Origin: the human T2T-CHM13v2.0 reference genome, Homo sapiens
Strand: one strand, 5' to 3'
DNA length: 64,000 bases
NCBI RefSeq assembly: GCF_009914755.1
Contig: NC_060938.1
Below, one piece after another: positions 14,057 through 27,789 of this stretch (position 1 is its first letter; each line of letters begins with the position of its first letter). The notes beneath the pieces were generated by a model. The model ran no database searches, was not told where the DNA came from, and was given only the letters and a program-made list of their open reading frames with translations. A program made the translations under genes and the position numbers.

Positions 14057-14354
14057 TTATTCCCCTTAAAAAAAAATTTTTTTTTTTGCCACTTCTATCA
14101 GAACTAATTTTTCTATATGAAATTGCCCTAGTTTCAGAAAATATTATGTTAACCTATTTATCATTACAAAAATTCTAGAAAATGTGTGTAATACCAGGTA
14201 AGTTTTTCTGACATATAATTGTGTCAAAAAGCTTAATGAAAATAGTCTAATTAATAGTGTCTGATTATCCTATCCCAATTATTCATTGGAATAACCACAG
14301 AGGCCTCCGAGATACAAAGATGAACAGGAACACAAAGAATGCTTAGTCCAGCTT

Positions 14355-14600
14355 CTGGAAGCTCCCTCCCAGCTTCGAGTCTTCCTGCCTTTGCTTCAAG
14401 TTGTCCCACCTTTCCAGACCGAACTAATGTACCGATTGATGTCTCATGTGTCCCTAAATGTATAAAATAAAGCTTTGCCCTGACCACCCTGGGCACATGT
14501 TGTCAGGACTTCCAGAGGCTGTGTCACAGGCGCGTCCTCAACCTTGGCAAAATAAACTTTCTAAATTAACTGAGACCTGTCTCAGATTTTCTGGGTTCAC
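14355..14600 (+). mobile_element. ERV1 LTR 3' half (MER4A1-like)
   Basis: tgtataaaa...tgaccaccctgggcacatgttgtcaggac...aaccttggcaaaataaactttctaaattaactgagacctgtctcagattttctgggttcac. Confidence 0.88.
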
Positions 14601-14851
14601 GCTATCGTTTTAATCCCGGAAACACTAAATCCAGGGCAAATAAGACTAAAAGGAAGAGGTTTCCACCACTGAAACACAAATAAAAACTTCAGTGTCTCTA
14701 CCTCCTTCCACTGAGAAAGAGAGCCTTTTAACGTGGTGAGAGCTCCACCCACCCAACCTCTTTGTGCATTCAACTGCAATGTGCCACTCAGTCATCTCAC
14801 AAAGGCGGGGTGAAAAGCAGAGTTCACAGGGCATGAAGTAGCCCACAGGCA

Positions 14852-14866
14852 GCTGCCCTCCAGTGG
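14852..14866 (-). promoter_or_regulatory. Candidate CTCF site
   Basis: Minus strand CCACTGGAGGGCAGC vs consensus CCASYAGRKGGCRSY, one mismatch. Confidence 0.5.
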
Positions 14867-15543
14867 GCAGCCTGTGGTTTTGCTTTTTGCCAACCTCACA
14901 GCAGAGCCCAGCACTTTTTCTCCTGAAAAAGAAAATCCACTCCAAAAAAGCACTGGGGAGAAAAGTAGATTTTACAGAAGATTCTGTGGGGACACAGCAA
15001 AGAGGATTTATGTCACAGTAGAAAGTAAACAACCTAACGCAGAGTCTCACATTATTTTTCCCCACATTCCTCTTTTGCTAGTGGCCATTAGCCCCTGTCT
15101 TTCTTTCCAGAGTCTTTCCCACAAGAAATTACCCTCCCAGCTTTCCTCCTTCTGACTAGACCTGTTTGAGGACTCACAGGCCCTGCAGGCCCAATTTAGT
15201 ATAGCCTTATCTAATCATTCATTTAATGAACTACTCTAGCTGTCTAGGGGGAATCTGCTGCTAAGAAAACAGTTTTGTGTCATTATCACCGCATCCTGGA
15301 TGTGAAATAAGCAACTATTAAGACAGAGTCTAGAAGGACCCTCAATGAAGCGTATGAATATGTGTGAATGCTTTCCTGTATTGCATAGAACCAGTGCAGA
15401 ACATCTAAATGTTGTTCATTACTAAGTGAGCCAAGTTATTTTATCCTTACTGCAAAGCTGATTTCAAAAAAAGCCTGCTTCATTAGATTTCAGGCCCCTC
15501 ACTTGCAGAGTCTATTTAGGTGCTGTAAGTAGGTGGAGCTATG

Positions 15544-15700
15544 CAGTGTTCACCAACCTTTCATGTGCACATAAATCACCTGAGGACCTTGTCAAAATTT
15601 GCAGATTTGGATTTAGTAGGTCATAGCTGGGACCTAAGATTTTGCATTTTTAACAACTTCCCATGCTTTTGATCCATGGACCCTACTTTGAGTAGCAGGG
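15544..15700. mobile_element. MER5A (hAT-Charlie MITE)
   Basis: aatcacctgaggaccttgtcaaaa...ttttgcatttttaacaa...ccatggaccctactttgagtagc. Confidence 0.85.
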
Positions 15701-15829
15701 AGGTTTTAGGGGGTTAGTGGTAAACGAATGGGAGCGGGAGAGATACCAAATTGTAATCAGAAAGTACTTCTATGTAATATTTCTGGTAAAGGAATTATAG
15801 AGAAAGAGACTCAGATTTCTAAGATGCAA

Positions 15830-15980
15830 GTCATTTGTATGGATTTACTTTTTCATTCTAAATACTCTGTATATCAATTTTGTTGCTAATTCTATATTCC
15901 CAATTCCATACTCTTTTTCTTAAACAGAACCCCTAGAATTATATAAACTTCAGGCTCCAGAAAGCCTGGATCTGTCACTG
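15830..15980 (-). mobile_element. hAT-type DNA transposon terminus (family uncertain)
   Basis: tataaacttcaggctccagaaagcctggatctgtcactg resembles a recalled hAT-Tip100 end. Confidence 0.5.
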
Positions 15981-16479
15981 CCAGTTGAACCAAAAATTTG
16001 GTTTGGGTTGTGCATATCCCCTTAGCCACATAATCAACATCTGAAAAAAAGAGTCTATCATTAGGAAGTAAGGCAATGAGGAGAAAATAATACAATCTCT
16101 GTATTTGATTGCTGCCAAAAAACAAGGTCTAGAAACATCGCTTTTCAATCAAGGCTGAGTAAAAACTGAGGGGAAAAAAAGGAATACATGGCTTTACTAA
16201 ATATGGCTCTACAACATAAAGAGGCATGTTACTATAATGATGGAAGAAAAACATTAATTTCTATTAGAATGAAAACAAACCCTATTAAAGTATAATTTTT
16301 TTAGTTTTCAACAATATAACAGAGAAAATTATGAAGTCTTAGAAAAAAAGAAAAGAGGTACTCATAATGAAGTTTGAAATATAAAACATCAAAACTATAG
16401 AAGTCCAGGTTTAGTCCATTCAATGGAAAGAAAAAAAAATCCACACTTCAAAAGAATGAAAAAGAACTAACAAAGAACC

Positions 16480-17460
16480 ATATGTATACTCATAAAATAA
16501 GATTAGGTGATGTCAAGTAATATTATGAATTATGACCTAAAATATCAACTCTAAAGCCTTATGTAAGAGACATCAGAACAGAAGGGAGATTATTTTGCTA
16601 CAGGATGTCACTTACATGAAAGACAACTGAAACAAAATTCGAAATGAACTGACAGGAAATAAATCATTGGAAAAAATATCAGCATACCGGTATTAGTCTA
16701 TGGAATCTTAAGTAGACAAACTTACAAAAGGGAAATAGTGGCCATAAAAAAACATAATTTATAGAAGGGATTGATTATATATTAAATAAATTATTCCATG
16801 GATTAAGAATAGAGCTCTTTTCAAGAAGTCATAGCTTTATTTTGAACATGTGCATGTTCTTAGATTAAAATCAATTACATATAAAAACAAATGCATACAA
16901 TTCACATATTTTGAAAACATAGTATGAAAATAATTGTACAAACTTAAAAAATGTCAAGCTTATAAATTAAAAAATGCCTTTCTGAACATATCAAGCAATC
17001 AGGTATGCAATGAAAGATATTTTGAAAAGAAGCAATTATATCAAAATTAAGTTTCACAACCTAAGTTGCACTGAGAAATAATATCACAATCATACATGCT
17101 CTAGTTTTTTTTTAAAAAGGAGACTAAACTTTAAGCTTTAGTAATTAGAAAAGAACAAATGTATAGAGAAAAATAAAACACAAGTATATTTTTTAAACTA
17201 CAGTACAGGACAAAAATAAAGGGAAGAATTAGAATTGATAAGTCGGAGAGCCACTTTAAGGAAATCTAATATAGTCGGCAAAATTCTAGTGAATATACAT
17301 TTAATAAAGAAAACACTCAAATAAACATTATAAATAGAGTACATTAAGGCTTCTTTAGCAGAAGAAGAATAAAATCTGTCTTCAACATTTTTAAAGGAAA
17401 ACAAGTGAATTTAACTGCTGATGCTGGAGTATCTCATAGAAAATTACAAAAATAAACAAG
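16480..17460 (+). mobile_element. Ancient L1 ORF2 fragments
   Basis: Degenerate EN region (cacttacatgaaagacaact, aaatcattggaaaaaatatc) and A-rich continuation. Confidence 0.55.
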
Positions 17461-18352
17461 ATTTTGAAAGGGTAGGGATGAAGCTAGGCTTCAAGATGAA
17501 CTAAAGCAAGGGCCATTCAGATCAGAATTCCTTTCCCAGGAATTATTTATGTTAACAGAAGTAGCCTATTTACCAGGGCTGATTTTTATATATTTATTTA
17601 TTTTACATTATACCTCCTGTAAAACTCAGTTGCCTATGATTTTCATTTTTGACAATTCTGAGTGGAAAACAAAATTGAAAATCTTGTAGGATCACATTGA
17701 CTTTCTGTTTTGTTTCTTAACACCTCATTGGGGCTGTACCCACTTAATCTAAGTTTCCAGTGTTCACTCTCTCTGGGCATAACTGAACATTTGTGTCTAC
17801 TAAAGTCCAGCATTTTTAGGTTAACATGCCCCATAATGTTAACTCAGACCCCCTTGCATGCATTAGATTTGATTTTAACTTTACAAAGGTACACATTATT
17901 CCAAAATTATGAGAATAGCAATAGTTGATGAGTGGGGATCAATCAGATTTCACTGAAAATTTTAGCTAATCCACAATATTTTGGCTAATCCGATGGCCAA
18001 GTGACCATCAGCTGACAGTTTGGTTATTATACATTAACTAGAGTTTATAAGGAAATCTGGCCTAATACATGATGATTTGTTTCTCATGAATTTGTGTCAA
18101 ATCTTATACCACAAAAGAAAACATGTTTTTTGACAAAGTTAAAATTATTCCATTATTTCCTCCTCATACACGTGAGCCAGTGAGTATTTGAGTTTATCAA
18201 TCTCATGATACCTTTATTTAGGCGAGAAGAAAATAGTCAACAGACTTTATATTCTCTTATCTGCAATATGCAAGGGTGTTCCGGTCACAGGAGGCACAGC
18301 CCCAAGACACACCTAGTAGTAGCTTATTATTTTACTGTATAAATGTCTGCCA

Positions 18353-18679
18353 GGCCGGGCATGGTGGCTCAAGCCTGTAATCCTAGCACTTTGGGAGGCC
18401 AAGGCTGGCAGATCATCTGAGGTCAGGAGTCTGAAAACAGCCTGGCCAACATGGTAAAACCCTGTGTCTACTAAAAATACAAAAAAAATAGCTGGGCGTG
18501 GTGGCGGGAGCCTGTAATCCCAGCTACTCAGGAGGATGAGGCAGGAGAATCGCTTGAACCCGAGATGGGGAGGTCGCAGTGAGCCCAGATCACACTACTG
18601 CACTCTAGCCTGGGTGACAGAGCAGGACTCTGTGTCAAAAAAGGAAACAAAATAAAATAAAACAAAACATAATAAAATA
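18353..18679 (+). mobile_element. Alu (AluS)
   Basis: Full dimer, A-rich tail, TSD aaat(g/a)tctgcca at 18341-18352 and 18680-18691. Confidence 0.96.
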
Positions 18680-19696
18680 AAATATCTGCCAATTGCCCAA
18701 CCTAAGATCAGGGAAACTCACTATCCCTATCGTGCTAAGGGAGGAAATAAAAAACTAATAAGACAATTAGGAATCAAATAGAAAGATGGTAGTCTTATTG
18801 TGTTAAATGGGACCTCCATTTCTGGGCAATACGCAGCCACAGGAACTGGATGTACTTTCATAGGGGAAACAACTAAAAATAGACAAAATATATAAAATTT
18901 ATATATATATATGAAATACATAAAAATGTTTATAAATTTTATACAGTGAAATTACCAGGAACCCAGGTAGAGCTGAAGAGTGTCCCTCAGTTGAGGGTAT
19001 AGTTGGAAATCTGAGCAGACCAAAGTGACTAGGGGTCACAGGCCAAATAGTGTATGTAGTGTTTGTGCCTGTTACCCTATGTAAATTTTGCCTCAACTGG
19101 ATAAAAAAAAATCTGAAAAAGTGTAATGCTATATCAAAGTTATCAGTTATCTAGGGGAAAATAAGATCATGACCATATAACAATATTATCAATTAAAGCA
19201 CTAAATTGAGTAATGTATTTAACCAGTAGGTACTGAGGGCCTGTGGTATACTAGATGTCATAATAGATGATGAGCATCAAATGTGGAACAAGAGAAACTA
19301 GTTTCTGGATCAGAAATCGCATCATCAGGATACTACAGTGAGACTGAGGGTTATAAGTGTGAGAATGATGTAGGAAGAGAAAGTATGAGGTCCACTAATA
19401 ATGCATTTAGGTAAGCCTAGCCTCATTTTGGGGTCAATAAGGTCTTTTTGTAGTGATTTGTCTAAATCAAAACATGGAGGAGTTAATGAAAGTGAGAGTA
19501 ATGAGGTTGGGAGAGTGTCCTAGTCAGGAATAAGTTCATGCATGAAGACCCATAGGCAAGAGAAAATACTGCATTTTAGAATTTTAAAAAATTAAATAAA
19601 ATCAAATTTACAAGTTCATATTTTTAAAATAAAGATTATATATCTGAAGCTGAAAGGCCAGGAGAAAGTGCCATAAAATGAGGTTTAACAACATAC

Positions 19697-20483
19697 TGTT
19701 GGGAATGTTTTTATAGCAAATAACATTTAAAATCTTTTATTAAAAGAGGCTCTTCCAGCTCCATCCATGTCCCTGCAAAGGACATGATCTCATTCCTTTT
19801 TATGGCTGCATAGTATTCCATAGAGTATATGTACTACATTTTCTTTATCAAATCTGTCATTGATGGGCACTTGAGTTGATTCCGTGTCTTTGCGATTGTG
19901 AGTAATGCTGCAATGAACATATATGTGTATGTATCTTTATAACAGAAGGACTAAGTGAGGGGTTCATCTGCGCAGCAAACCACCATGGCACACATTTACC
20001 TATGTAACAAAACTGCAAATCCTACACATGTACCCCAGAACTTAAAATGAAAGTTGATATATTTCTTTTAAAAAAGCTCTTTTTTCACATGAAAAGAAAT
20101 TACTCTGATTCGTTCATCTGTTTAACTATGTAATGGGGTACCCAGACTTTGTGTCTTTCTGATGTGGCTGTTCTTAATGTTTGACTTTTGGTTTCCTTTT
20201 GACACTTATAGTCTCAGGATGGCCACTGTAGCACCAACTATTATTTTCACATTCAAGGCAAAAAGAAGGGAGTGACAACTTTTTATTCAGAGAAAAATAC
20301 ATTTTTAAAAATCCACCCCTACAAAGAGTATAAGCTACTTTGATACGTTGTTTCACCTCACAACCTATATGTGTAAGCAAATGTATATATTGAAAAGCTT
20401 TCCAGCTGCAAGAGAGGCTAATAAAATGAGTAGATTTTCCAAAAAAGAAAAATTATTTTGGAATGAGTTGTGGGTCTGCCACA
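19697..20483 (-). mobile_element. Old MaLR/ERVL LTR (MLT1-like), split by an L1
   Basis: Ends tgttgggaatgtttttatagcaaataaca ... gtctgccaca; internal ggatggccactgtagcacc and ccagctgcaagagaggct. Confidence 0.65.
19755..20067. mobile_element. Short L1PA 3' end with 5' inversion
   Basis: 19755-19950 antisense 3' region, 19951-20067 sense terminus; TSD ttaaaa(g)a(g/a)gctctt on both sides. Confidence 0.88.
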
Positions 20484-22947
20484 AAGCAGACTGAAGCTTC
20501 ATCTTCAAGGGCTTGTATACCCTGTTTAGGACTTGTCTTTACCTTTAAGAGAAATAAAAAAGATATCAAAAAGCTTTAGGCATGCATCACATGCTTTTGG
20601 AAAGGTTGCTATTGCAGGTGTTCAGAGAAATGATAAAGTGACTTGCAGTAGATGAAAAGAGTAGTGGAAACAAATATAACTTGATGATTGAAGAGATAGA
20701 AAAAGCACCCCCAAAGTATGAAGATTGATTGGATTTTAGGAGAAAAAGAGATGGAGTATCAGGAAAGGTTTTCATATTTTCTACCCAAACATTTGAGTGA
20801 ACTTTAATGCTGTGGATTTAGATGGGGGCCAGAGCTGGATGGAAAATAGATTTGATGGGTAAAGAACATGGACTTCTTCTCAGTAATTGAGTTTAAGTGT
20901 CTGAGAGACATCTACCTGTAAACGATTGGACAGACAGATATTTGGAATTGAAATGAAAAAGAAAATGTTAAACATTTATATATATACATGCCTTAAACAA
21001 TGTTGCATGCCATGCATGAGAAGAGAGCTTCAGAAGGAGCCTCAAGAAATACCAACAATGAAAAATTGATTAGGGTAACAAAATAAATTGAGAGAGACTT
21101 CATGGAGTGGAAGAAAACCAGGACGATGGACTTCCACAGAATCAAAAAAAAAAAAAAGTGAGTTGAAAAGTGATCCAGCATGCCAAAGGCTTTCCATATG
21201 TCAAAAATTAATGGAAGACCGTAGATACAAAAGTGTACCTTAGAATTAGTGACATCTTAGCAGGAGAGATTTTTTGTTGAATGGTGGTGATTTATATTGT
21301 GTTATGATGTGTCTCTGGAGGAGTGCAGAGAAGTAAACAATGGAAATTTGGGGTAAAGGCACGTTTCAATACATTTGACTGTAAATGCAAGAAAAGAGTA
21401 GAAGGAAAAGGTGTGAACTTGAGGAAAATGTATGTATGTATTATTTCTGAGTTGAGAGAATTAAGTACGTGTAAATGTTAAGGATGGCCAGTCAGAAGGT
21501 CAAGGGACAACCCAGATGTGGGCATGGCAAGAGAAAGATACAAGAGGATAGGATGAGGGCAGAAGTAGGCTGACTTGCAAATATGGGTATGAGAGGCTAT
21601 GAGTCCTCAGCATACTTTTTGGCTTCTTTTTTCTCTTTGAAGTGAGAAGTAATGTCGTTATTCGAATAGGAGAGGAGGTGGAGGGTTGAAGAATGTAGGA
21701 GAGTTTTGAAATATTTATTTTAAAGAATGTGAGAAGCAACTAACTAGAAGAGACAGCATTGCCAGAAAGTTTTGGAAAAGTGGTTGATGTTGAACCATAA
21801 ATTTATAGTGGCAGCTGGGTTTAACTATCCAGGTGCAAGCTCAGAGAAGGCAGTTAATTGGATTCATCCAGCACTCTAGGGTTTTGCCAGGCAAGTGTGC
21901 TGAAAGGACAAAGTGACAACAAGGCTTTATAGATTTTTCAGACCATGGTGAAATAATGAAGCATTCATGATCATTCTGAAATTTCTGAGGAAAGGGTGGT
22001 ATGATAATGATTGTATTTAATTTACAAAGTTCCCAAACTTTGTATGGTTGATAGATATCATTTCTTTTAAGTGAAGCACATCAAATAATTAACTTTCAAT
22101 AGTTTGGAAATTCTAGATAACCTAAAACAATAGGCAACATATATCAAACATTATTATCATACAAGCCCATAGAACTGTGAATTTGTAAATATCATCAATA
22201 GTCATAATATCATGCCCCTCACTCTCACTTATAGCAAAGATTTGATCACTTCCTTGGAGCACATGTGAAGCTTGTGCTGCACTGCCTTTCCTGTCTGAGT
22301 CATATACTTGCAGCTTGTCCTAGCCATCATTTTCATATACAGCTCATCATCCATCTTCAAGCTGTCCTCAAGGTAGCTTCAGTTGTCTCTGTAGCTTTTC
22401 CTTCCCTCCTTTTAGCCCTGACAAGCATTCATCAGCGAGAAAAACATACACAGCCCTCTTCTCAAAAAGTTGTCATCAACTCCTCTCAACGATGCCTCTG
22501 TTTCTATATCCTAACTGTATTGGACTGTGTTCTATTTCCATCTTCATAGAATGCATATGCCAGTTAATGATTGCTACTTCCATGTACTCAAAGTCTCTGA
22601 TTTCTCCAAAGACATTAGAAATGCAACTCATTTTACATCAGTGACCCTCTTTTTTTTCTGTACTTCTATATCTTCCTATTTATAACCCAGAAAAAATTAT
22701 TATTTTCCTCTTCTCATCAGAATTAGAGCTCCAACAGTCTCTCTGACAATTTCCCGATTTCTAATTTTCTCTATTTCCATTTTTTATATAATAATTTTAT
22801 TTCATAAATTCAATTGTTTCTATAATTTTAAATTTTTCTTTGCTGATTTCTTAGTACTTATTAATAGCTGAACAAGTTTATTTCAAAAATGATAGTTTGT
22901 ATCTATAATTCTGAGAACTAACAAAACCTTTCTTTAAATCAATAGTT

Positions 22948-23265
<318 letters not shown>

Positions 23266-23469
23266 CTATAAAGAAGTCGTTAAGTTAGTTTATGTATTTA
23301 TTTACATATATTTATTTTTTTAAAACAAAGCGAATGACAATCACCCACGTGTCTAACAGCAAAGAGAGTGGAACAATTCAAAATAAAATTTTATTGATGC
23401 AAGTGAAAAGAGACATAATAAAAGAAATTTAAATGTACTTTTAAAATTAATTCCCATAATGCCAATATT

Positions 23470-23815
23470 TCAGAATGATCATGACTGTAATTCTCTCTCC
23501 TGTTTGTCAGAAGTGTTTCGTGACTTAGACCATAATTTTCAAGGTTGCATAGTTTTCTATTATATCCATATGGCATGTATAGCCATCTATTTAGAACATT
23601 TATATTTTTCTGATTAACTTTGCTATTATAAATAGTATAATGTGCATAATTATAGTTCATTATTTTCATAGACCTCAGATAATTTTATTAGGGTGAATTT
23701 CTAAAAATAAAATTGCAAGGTTAAGTGACATGCACATTAAAAGTCTTGTGACCTAACTTACCAATTAATCTCTGAAAAACATTTCCAGTTTTATTGCCAT
23801 AAGCAGTACATAATT
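23470..23815 (-). mobile_element. L1ME 3' fragment
   Basis: tttgctattataaatag...gtgaatttctaaaaataaaattgc...agcagtac. Confidence 0.6.
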
Positions 23816-25949
23816 TCAATGAAAAATTAATAAACAAAACATTTATTTTTACCAAGCATCATGATGATCACTATTAGGGAAACTCAAGAGTAATAAAAAA
23901 CCAGGAAGAATGAATCTAATCCATTTCTACAGTTATCCTTATCTGAAAATCCTTCTACTGATTCTCTTTTCTTTTAAAACCTACAAAGGGAATGTGGCAT
24001 ATTTTGTTGTTGATGTTGATAATTATATCATTTATAACATGAAAATTTTGTATATCTAAAATGAGAAAGGATTTCATCTTTCACAGTCCATTTTCTTTGT
24101 TTTCAGCTTTGACAACTCTTTTCTACCTGATAGAGCTTTTTAATATTTGTTTCTTTCCTTTTCCCTTTTTTTTTTCCTTAGGCCATATGTAAATTGATGT
24201 AAGTGTGAAGAAATTTCAGGAAACTATGTTACTTGATTTCAGGAAGCAACAGATAGACGTGTCTGGCGTGTGTCTGAGCAAGGATTTAGATAACAGCAGA
24301 AAGAGTCTTAGCAGTTGTGTGGCACGAGCATTATTTGGATCATTAGCAATATGTGTTGAGATAAGAATAAAAGCACCTACACTAAGTGTCTAATGCTATA
24401 TTTACTATTATATTCACCTGCAAACCAGACAACGTCAGTACAGGTGGAACAAGAAGATGTCTTTTATCCAAATCTCTTACCTGTGGACAATCTCAACCTT
24501 GCAAATTAAATTAACATTTTAAGGGATTCTAAAGAAGGATATTTTACAGTTTCTCTCAGGAGTTTATTAGAAAGTTTTCTCCTATAATTAAATTAAATTC
24601 ACTGTCTATAGAGATTTCTTAAGTATCTTTCCATTTTATTTTGCTCTGGATTTGAAATAATGCGTTCTCTACTCTTAAGGTTTTCTCTCATTTAAACTAT
24701 TCCATTTTAAAAAATCTATTTTAAAGTGCAAAAATAGGGAAAGCATTTCCCCCCTGTACAAAGAATAACATGAGTTAAAATATGATCTTTTGTTTCTTTA
24801 TAATCAAAGCTATTTAATACCTCTTTTGAATGAAATTTTACTTGTTAATTCTCATGTTCAATTTCCTCTGCAACTCAAAGTAGTTGTTTAAGTTTGAATA
24901 ATTTACTTGAATGTTAATTATAATTCAAAGCTAATGGATATGAAATATGTTTGCTTTGGTGAATGTACAAATAAATATATCTCGAAGTATTTTATATGCA
25001 GAAGAGAATATTAATTTATTATAAAACATTGCCATGTTGTATTAAAATAATATAGGAACAAATAAGACTGTGTACAAGAGGAAGGCATCAGTTAGATGTT
25101 TAATTAAAATTAAAGTTGAAATTTAGATATATTTACTTTAATATCTATATTTGTATATTCTTGCTCTGTATTACAGAGGTTGAATAAAACATACTTTGTC
25201 TGTAACAAACTATTGTGATGAGTCATTTGGAACCTAAAATGACAGTTTTAATTTAGCTTTCTTTGCAAATCTGAAAATAGTTTTAGGCACTGTAAATAGC
25301 TCTGTATTAGAAAACTATTTACTTTCATGATTTTTCTGAGCATAAACACTCATAACAACAATTTTTGAAAAGTTTTATTCAGTTATTTTGTACTATTAGT
25401 TTGCTAGAAAGCCACTGAATATTTACCAGTAAAGAAAGATTGAATATTAGCATTGTCTTAAAAATATTATTTTAGTATTATAGATTTAATTTGGTTCAAA
25501 ATGAAGAAAAAAAAAGAGGCATAACACTTGATGATGTGAAGGCTGATTATTGTTATTCATATTCTCCTTACCACTTATTTATCTTTTGTGTTAAAGTTAC
25601 TAGGATACACAAAAATGAAAAAAGGAACCCTCAAAATTAGTATTGGCTCTTTTTTTGTATATAGTAACTGATACAATTAAAACTCTTTATAAAAGTAAGA
25701 AAATAGGATTTAATTTTGAAGTCATTTTTTTCTGTTTTCACTTTTTATTACCACAGTTGATTGAGAGCTGATTATACATCTCGTATAAATAACTAACATA
25801 ACATTGTCACACAATCTCTAAATTGTCACATTCTGTGTACTACTTGTACTCTGTAACTCTCTGTGATGATATCAGGTGTCATCTCTTTCTCTTATTTTCA
25901 GTCTTTCTGACTAAAACCTACCTTAGTATATAGTGTACACAGTTTCTTT

Positions 25950-26120
25950 CCATGGGCAAAGCTAGTGTTCTTAGTGAATACGTCTTTTGAAAAATGTCAA
26001 AATTTTGATGGGGTGGAAAATGCTTAATGCTTTTTCCCATGCTGTCAAAATGGTGACATTTGACAGTGTGGGATAATGTTTAATGTTATTCCTGGGAAAT
26101 GTTCATAATTCTTGTCTATA
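25950..26120. mobile_element. Ancient hairpin-forming DNA element (MER135-like, tentative name)
   Basis: Inverted repeat cccatgctgtcaaaat-ggtgac-atttgacagtgtggg preceded by aaaatgtcaaaattttgatggggtggaaaa. Confidence 0.55.
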
Positions 26121-27047
26121 AAAACTCTTCATTTTGTTTTTCTATAACTCCATTTTTATCTCACAAAATTTAACTCTAAAGTAACAGGCCAGGAGTAATA
26201 GTTTTGAATCTAGGGTACTAAAAAGTGTAATTCTGGACCACTCCTTCTGAAACTCCATAGTTATAGGACATTTATGATCTAATGAGATAGTAGGATGCAA
26301 AAAATGATCATTCAGTGGCATTTTAGTGCATAATAGTTAATATAATTGTGTTGTAATTATCAATAGTGCGAGCCTATGGAATAATTCTGCATTTGTATAA
26401 GATTATTATTCTCTTTTCAGAGACATTTATCCAAGGAAACATGTCTAGAGGATAATAGTACTTATCTAAGCAACTTATCATGAATATTAAAATGAGTGTG
26501 TGTGGCTAAAGAGACTGGCAAAAAGAGATACAAGTTACCACAAGTCATTTTTTGAATGAGGTAGAATATAAAGTTTTCCACAATTTTAAAGAAATGGAAG
26601 ATATTTTAACAAACAGTCATAAAGATATAAACATCTGCAACAAACAGTGGTAAAATAGATGGTTTGCAATTGTAGTTCTGTATGATGAAGCAGTACAAAA
26701 TGACAAATGTTTGATTTTGATGTGGTTTGTTGTTTTGTTCATTTCCTCACCAAGTTTAAAAAAGCCAGGGAAAACTTTCTATGCATAGTAAAATAAATTT
26801 TGATCTTCTAAATATGGAGAATTGTGTCTTAGAGAAAAACTTTTTCCTATTGCATAGTTGTACAGAGCTTCCCGGGTTCTGCAGAAGTACAAGTACTGCT
26901 GCAGGGTCCAGTGATGATTAGGTGGGGATATGAGCCATCAGCCTCAGCTAAACTCTGGCAGCTCTATACGAAAAGAGGATGCAAACAATACCAAATCGTA
27001 TTCTATTTAAAAATTGTTGAAAGACACTAATCTAAGGCAGTTTGTTA

Positions 27048-27410
<363 letters not shown>

Positions 27411-27789
27411 CTATATAATACAATAGACATCATTGAATGGCCAGCCCATCTCCCAGGACTGTGCAGCATAATGGAAGAGAAAACTTGTAGCTAATGAATG
27501 TGATAAATGGATTTTTGAAAATTAGATAGAGTTTTTGGAAGTCCAGATGTAATTAATTTTGTCTTGGGAGAAAGGAGAGGAAATAACACTAACTTGATGT
27601 ATCAAGAGGGAAAAGTAATATATTTCAGCTAACTTTGATGCTGCAGGGAGGGGAACATTAGAACCAAAATGAAGAAGGATGATGATTATTATTGGTGAAA
27701 TTACTGTAAATATATAATTAACATAATATAACAAATATACCTATATTAATACTACATATTAATAACAATGATTATTATATTTTATTATA

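Larger units (their letters stand above)
19205..21900 (-). mobile_element. L2 remnants (19205-19696 and 20484-21900), host to nested elements
   Basis: Purine-rich L2 antisense motifs (tactgagggcctgtgg, tttcatattttctacc, aattgagtttaagtgtctgagagacatcta, ttagtgacatcttagcaggagagattt). Confidence 0.7.

Noticed and set aside
14646-15065. 139-aa minus-strand ORF in unique DNA
   Set aside because: No recognisable domain, no flanking splice pattern, length compatible with chance in GC-richer sequence.
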